Positions 63,347-64,000 of a stretch of 64,000 nt of DNA are shown one piece after another (within the stretch, counting starts at the first letter, position 1; each line of letters begins with the position of its first letter). Where the stretch lies: positions 46,750,001 through 46,814,000 of the forward strand of contig NC_045696.1 of NCBI RefSeq assembly GCF_009834535.1, written 5' to 3'. The position numbers and the translations under genes are program-made. The notes beneath the pieces are model-generated. The model was given only the letters and a program-made list of their open reading frames with translations. It ran no database searches and was not told the DNA's origin. Source of the stretch: Camelus ferus (lineage: Eukaryota).

Positions 63347-64000
63347 AAGTATATATAATATTACAGGGAAATATTTACAAAGTTATGTTTTTTAAATAAA
63401 AAAAGTATCTTGGCAAAGATTGCAGATATTCAAAGCTTCAAACAGTGATAAATTGATTTAATACATATAAAAAAACCTTTAACGGTAACACAGCTGTAAA
63501 ACAACTTTGGTCTTTAAATCACTGCAAAAAATGGCTACTGACAAATAGCACACCTTTAATTGCTATGGAAAAAAGCCCCCAAGAGAGGATCCTGCACATA
63601 GCAACACTGGAGTTTTCTTTCTTTAGAATGGTTAATGGGTATTTATACGGTGTGTGATCTAATTCTCAATGATGGCTTTTTGTAAATAATGCTCTGCTTA
63701 ATAAAAACAGAAATGCTTCCTTGTCTCACCAACTTTGATAACAACACTTTAAAGTTTCCACTGATGTTGCCTTACAGAGAAGCTTATTACGACTGCTCTC
63801 TTTTTTTCAAAAAGCTAAATTGATGGGGAAACTGGCTGTGCATGTTAAGTAAGAGCTGTCAAAAGCCAAAGGCAGGAAAATTTCCTGTTTACTGCTCATC
63901 TCCTAAGTCACCTGGATTATCCCCATTAGCCACAGAAAATGACTTAACAAAGGACCCCAGTGGGTGATGGCAGTTAGTGATTTTGGAAACATGACACATG

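Larger units (their letters stand above)
63108..64000 (-). other. Terminal part of the 3' UTR of an unidentified minus-strand gene (continues beyond the window)
   Basis: Repeat-free and AU-rich on the minus strand, with UGUA elements, a Pumilio-type TGTAAATA (63372-63379) and poly(A) signals. It resembles the end of a human mRNA I recall (...TATATACTTAATAAAACATTTTAAGCT...CAGACCACAAGCAC...TTAATTAAAAGTTTTAA), but I cannot name the gene reliably. Confidence 0.75.

Noticed and set aside
63108..64000. Assigning a gene symbol (BCL2, JAG1, TGFA and others considered)
   Set aside because: The 3' ends I recall for those genes do not match; no reliable identification without BLAST

Overview
Mammalian, almost entirely non-coding genomic DNA. 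It is most likely camelid: there are two tRNA-Ala-derived Vic-1-like SINEs, and I saw no Alu, Bov-tA/CHR or CAN-SINE. I found no credible protein-coding exon; the listed ORFs are chance ORFs, microsatellite read-through or LINE-1 ORF2 remnants. The last ~0.9 kb looks like the terminal 3' UTR of a minus-strand gene with tandem poly(A) signals (gene not identified), which would make the rest of the window its downstream flank. That flank contains LINE-1 3' ends, L2/MIR relics, solo LTRs, DNA transposon relics, microsatellites and several repeat-free enhancer-like blocks. The most notable items are a six-half-site DR1 nuclear-receptor array (55579-55619), a ~180 bp locally copied segment inside an MLT1 LTR (29707-29886 vs 31159-31339), a 127 bp tandem duplication carrying AP-1 and MEIS-type motifs (46707-46946) and a 51 bp minisatellite (29090-29238). 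I see no evidence of a novel multi-gene system. Repeat family names come from my memory of consensus sequences and need RepeatMasker/Dfam confirmation.
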